From the NCBI RefSeq assembly GCF_006345805.1, contig NC_043005.1, positions 39,990,001 to 40,054,000 on the forward strand: a stretch of DNA of 64,000 nt. The letters run 5' to 3'. The notes under the pieces were generated by a model. It had not been told where the DNA came from and ran no database searches. It saw only the letters and a program-made list of their open reading frames with translations. The stretch is from Octopus sinensis. Lineage: Eukaryota. Positions 57,101-62,847 of the stretch are shown piece by piece (position 1 is the stretch's first letter; every line of letters starts with the position of its first letter). A program made the translations under genes and the position numbers.

Positions 57101-58707
57101 GTTGTATTTTAAAAGCAATGTTTTATAATGTTTAATTTCCTCTGCATTTAAAATGCCTTTTTTTTATTATTTGATTTTTGGCTTGCATTAATAAAATTAT
57201 GTTTAATTCTAATTTACTGTTGTAGTTCAAAATATGAAGATGTTCACAAAGCTGAGTAAAAGTGGAACTTTGAAATCTAGTGGTCCTTTCTTTAAGCAGG
57301 TATCAGTGGATGATTGTGCTAACTTATGCATTAATAATAAAATATTAAATTGTGAAGCCTTCACTTATTGTTACCTGCGTGGTAGTTGTTTTTTGAGTGA
57401 TATACACCCAAATGATACCAATGTTCAAGCAACGGATGGTTGCAATATTTTTCAACGTAAGTTGTGATTTATTCTGTTCTTTTATTTCTGTTATTTATGT
57501 ACTGTAACTTCCTAAAAGATAAATTGATTAAAATGAAAAAAAAAAACATAAAAGTATAAAACAGGTCAGTCTTTTTATTTCTTTTTGCTAATTCATACTT
57601 TTTTTATTTTTTAAGTGAGATATATATATTGCTAATTCATACTTTTTTATTTTTTAAGTGAGATATATATATAGCAACTTTATATTTTCAGGGAATTATG
57701 TTAACATGTTTGATCAAATTCCGGGAAAGACATTTCCAATGAAAGGGGATGTATTGCCTGTCATTGCCCAGAGTGCTGATGTTTGTGCTAAAAGTTGTCT
57801 TGATAAGGGACTCAAATCATGCCAATCGTTTGAATACTGTCCCGCTAAAGAAGTATGTACTTTAAGTTCTCGACATGTAATGGATGTACCTTCAACAGAT
57901 ATTATCACCACAGAGACTTGTAACTTGTACACTGGTAAGTCTCTTTTTCTGGTCTCTATTTCATGAAGAATATACCATTTAATTATTGTTTGGTTCTGTC
58001 CTTCACTTTTTACTTAGATTAAGTTGTGTATATGGTTAAAACTAATTGCAAATAGGACATTAATGATCAAAGAAAAATATAGGAAACATCATTCAATCCT
58101 AAGATGCATTCTAGACTGAGATAAATATCTCAACACACATCTTTAAGGGAATAATTTGTCAGGAAACTTCTAATCCAAGTGACAAGAAAGAGTTGCTGTA
58201 ATAAACAGATAAACAGATAACAGAAGATTCTCATGCCAGATTCAGTCAGAAACTTTGCAGACATCAAGGGAATAATATTGTATATATATATATATATTCT
58301 TTCTTTACTTGTTTCAGTCATTTGACTGCGGCCATGCTGGAGCACCGCCTTTAATCGAGCAACTCGACCCCGGGACTTATTCTTTTGTAAGCCCAGTACT
58401 TATTCTATCGGTCTCTTTTGCCGAACCGCTAAGTAACGGAGACATAACCACACCAGCATCGGTTGTCAAGCAATGCTAGGAGGACAAACACAGACACAAA
58501 CACATACAGGCATATATATATATACATATATACGACGGGCTTCTTTCAGTTTCCGTCTACCAAATCCACTCACAAGGCTTTGGTCGGCCCGAGGCGATAG
58601 TAGAAGACACTTGCCCAAGGTGCCACACAGTGGGACTGAATCCGAAACCATGTGGTTGGTAAACAAGCTACCTACCACACAGCCACTCCTGCGTCTATGT
58701 ATATATA

Positions 58708-58738
<31 letters not shown>

Positions 58739-61700
58739 TTATATACACACAAGCATACATACATACAACATACATACATACATACATACATACATACATA
58801 CATACATACATACATGATAATGGCTGCTCCCTTGTTATTGAGTATGTCCATTACACAAGGCTTAACAGTTAACAGTGCTGTGATTGAATGTGACTTTTTA
58901 GCCCAGCTAAAGATCTACAATGTCTTGGACAGAATTGGCAGCTAAAACCTTTACTGGCAATAGCTGGCTGTAATAGTAATTGGGCTTCATGTACCTTTGC
59001 ATGTTTTTTAAGTCCTCATGCCAAATCACACTCCTTTCCACATGCCAGACAGATATGATTAGTATGGTGTGTAGCACCACCACCAGTGTCCTGGTAGTCA
59101 GTCATCGGTCTCGCTTTATGACTACAAAAATGAGCCCAGCTTTACTGAGGCAGGGTGTTGCACAGACATTGCATGTCAGCGTCATAGGAAGACCCTTACC
59201 GTCATGCACAACTCAAGATTTCTCAAAAGTAGCTGTCCCCTCATGCACAATCCTTCTGTACCAGCTATGGTCAGTAGCTATGCCCTCCCATGTGTCACCC
59301 ATACATATATACATACATACATACATACATACATACATACATACATACATACATAAGCATACAAATATACATCTAGACCCATTTATCAACGCACACATAC
59401 AGCGACAGATATAAGAATTTGGAGACACAGATAATAACTAATAGACATAAGTAAATGCAATACCAATTAAATATATTTATTACCCTTAGAAAGAATATAT
59501 ATTCATATATTTAAATATCATTGCTAATAATCATTGGAAATTTTGAAATGCTGTCACTTAAATATCTACATATATTTCCAGTTTCTCCTCTTCAACACTT
59601 TGTACATTCAACGACAAAGATGGAAAAGCTTAACAGTAATTTATTGGTAAAAAATATATCTCTAAAAGCATGTGCAAAGCTATGTATGGAAGATGAAGGA
59701 TTTGGTTGTATCAGCTTTAGTTATTGTCCAGTAACATCAATATGTCATATAACAGGAGCTAATCAAAAGACAATTAATATTGAAACAAATATTGTGGCAA
59801 ATTGTTCACATTATATAAGTAAGTATTTTGGTTTAAAATTATTTAAAGCCATATAATATTTTTTGTGTTTGTATACTGAAATGACAAAGGATCAAGCTAT
59901 CTGATGCTCAGCCATACCCAAGAAAACCCGTGCCCCACAGCAGAAGTATTAAGACTGATCCTTCTGGGTATGTAAAGCAACCATGGTGGTCCCATGTAAA
60001 AGTTCCCATGTGGTGCCATATAAAAGTGCCCATGCAGCAACACATAAAAACGCCCATGCAGCACCATGTAAAAGTGCCCACGTAGTGCCATGTAAAAGCA
60101 CAGTGCCACGTAAAAGTATCCAGCACACTCTGTAAAGTGCTTCCATGTCTACTATCACCAGTCACATCTTCAGTTGTCCTCCAGCTCATTTGTACCAGCC
60201 TGGAAGTGAAGCTAAGTTGATGGCCTTGTGAAGGAATTTCCCAAGAGATTAACAGAGAGTGTGCCCAAGCTATCTTAGATGTCTTATGAGTAGAGCTTGC
60301 TGCAGCAGGTTGATACAACAGCATCGTTGTAGTTCAGCAGTAGTGGTTGAAGACTTCAAGTTTTTAGAGATTTTCAGCTTTTGCTGGCCAAGACTTGCAC
60401 CCATAGAGAAAGGTGGTCTATATTTTCCCAGCACTCATCTAATCAGATATTTATTTATTCTCATTAGTTAACTATGAGAAAGGTGTTAAAATCAGTGAAA
60501 AATTCAGCTGAATTACTTAAATATGAACATGTGGAAAAGAAGACAAGCATATTGTCTCTATTGTCTATTTTAATGCATACATATTAGAGAGAGAGGGGGA
60601 GAGAGAGAGAGAGATGTTTGAATTGTATGCCTGCAAGATAAATCAGTAATCGACAAAAGTATTTTAGGGACCCCAGAAAATGTTTTACTTTATATGTATA
60701 TATTGGTATGTATTGCAAGAAACAGCTAGGTTTCTTTCTCCAACAGTTTATATAGTTCAGCCTACAAGTTAATGAGAAAAACAAAATACAAATTTTGAAA
60801 GAAATTTCTATAAAACTAGCTTCTAAACATCAAATGTCTATGGGTATCCACCAGAATAAAATAATAATCAAAGAGTCCATAGATAAAAAATGGTTGAGAA
60901 CCTCTGTTCTAGAATATAGCTTCTCACTTTTTACATGCCTTCCATAGTCCTCTTCTGATCATAGCTACATAACTTCACTAAAACCACCTCCAGAACTTCC
61001 AATATAAGTTATTCCTTGGGGGGTTTTTTTTCTAGAACATTTTCAGCATCAGATCAGTAAAGACTTTTGTGAAGATATTTTTGTACCAATTGTACAACAT
61101 TGAGCACACGTGTGTTCTTGTTTTTTATTGAGCCTTTAGAATTCACCTGAGGGAATTCTAACCTGAAACAAACTTCCTAAACTGAAATTGTCGATAGATT
61201 TTCAAATGCAAAAACATTCAGTTCTGTATTTGAACTTTTTGTAATCTTTGGGAACTGTGAAGAAGAGAAAATGATGAACCCTGACCAGTTCACTAAAGTC
61301 TTCTGTGAATTCACTGCTACATTGTTCTAAGATGACCTGAACTATTACAGATTTTTTTAGTTTCTTAGTGTCTTCCAAATTATAGAATGTAGAGCATCAA
61401 CAGCATCCTAGGTCAATTAATACAAAAATTTCATCCACTTAATGGATGCTATGAAAAATGTGAAACAAAGTCACAGGAGACAATTAAGAGAGGATCCATT
61501 AAAATTATATCCCCTGCTTCCCAAAAGGCCTAGGTGAGTTGGGATATCAACAAAAAACGTGATGGGATCAATGTGTGTGCAAGATTAATATGTGTGTAGT
61601 GGGATTGGAGAGGGAATTGGGCAAGTGCATATGCTTATGTATGTCTGTGTGTGTATGGTTTGCACACAGGCTGTGATGGTGGACAGACCAACAGTGGAGG

Positions 61701-62816
61701 TCCTAGTGTTTATGATCATAGTGGATCCCATAAATAAGCAGCAACATCTCACCCCTGCACTTTTAGTAGCTATCCATATGGAGAAAAACTTTTTTAAGAC
61801 AATTCTTTCTCTGCTAGGCATAGCCTGCACTTTCTGCTACTGTTAAAATAAGGTTGGCACTTACCCAGAATTCTCCACTTGATCTCGTATTCCATGGTGC
61901 TGTCCTTCAACAACTATATATGCCTAACCAGGTCTGCAACATTGTGTCCCTCTCCTGGATATTACACGAGGATTTATGGTTGGTAAATCTGGTCCTGAAA
62001 GGACCTTCTTTCACACCCACATACTTCTACATATTTGACTGTCTGTTGAGATTCTTTGATGATCCCTACATTAATAACTAGACTATATATATAAAGAGAG
62101 AATCATATCCATGTGTAGTTGGCATTTGAAGAACTCCGAAGATAACCAATAAGGAATTTATATAACTCCATCAATAATAATAATTAATAAGCAGTAGTGT
62201 GTACAAAGCTTCTGCAGAAATCTATATGTACACAAAATTCCTCACTAAACTTGTCAAATCTAACCTTGCTAAGCACCTTTGTACATAGCTTTACAGTTTC
62301 TTAAAGAGAGAAATTCATCTGTAGCTGGTGAGAAAATAAGGCATCATCACAGGTCTCCTCTGCATCAATGAATGCATAATTCTTTAGTAATTATCTCACT
62401 TGAAATGTATTATCACTTTTTGCTTTGTGCAAGTAAAATTGCATAAAAATAAATCTAAGTGGATTGTGAAATTTTCTTTTCTCTTTTATTTATGAAACAT
62501 TGTTATAAAAGCTCACAAACTAAAGTTTAACTTATCAACATCTTAAACATGACAATTAACATTCTTTTTTTATTGAAAGGACTTGATCCACCTACTCCAG
62601 TGGCTTCAAAGACGGTTGAAAAAAGTGGAAACAAAGGTAATATACACTTAATTAAAATTATAAATCTAGACTAATGGTGATAAAATACTAATATATATAT
62701 ATGCGTACCTATGTATGTGTATATGTATATGTGTATGCATAAATATGCTTTGTGTATGTTTAGGTATTTATATGTGTGTGTGTATATGTGTAAACATGTG
62801 TATGCATGTGTGTGTG

Positions 62817-62847
<31 letters not shown>

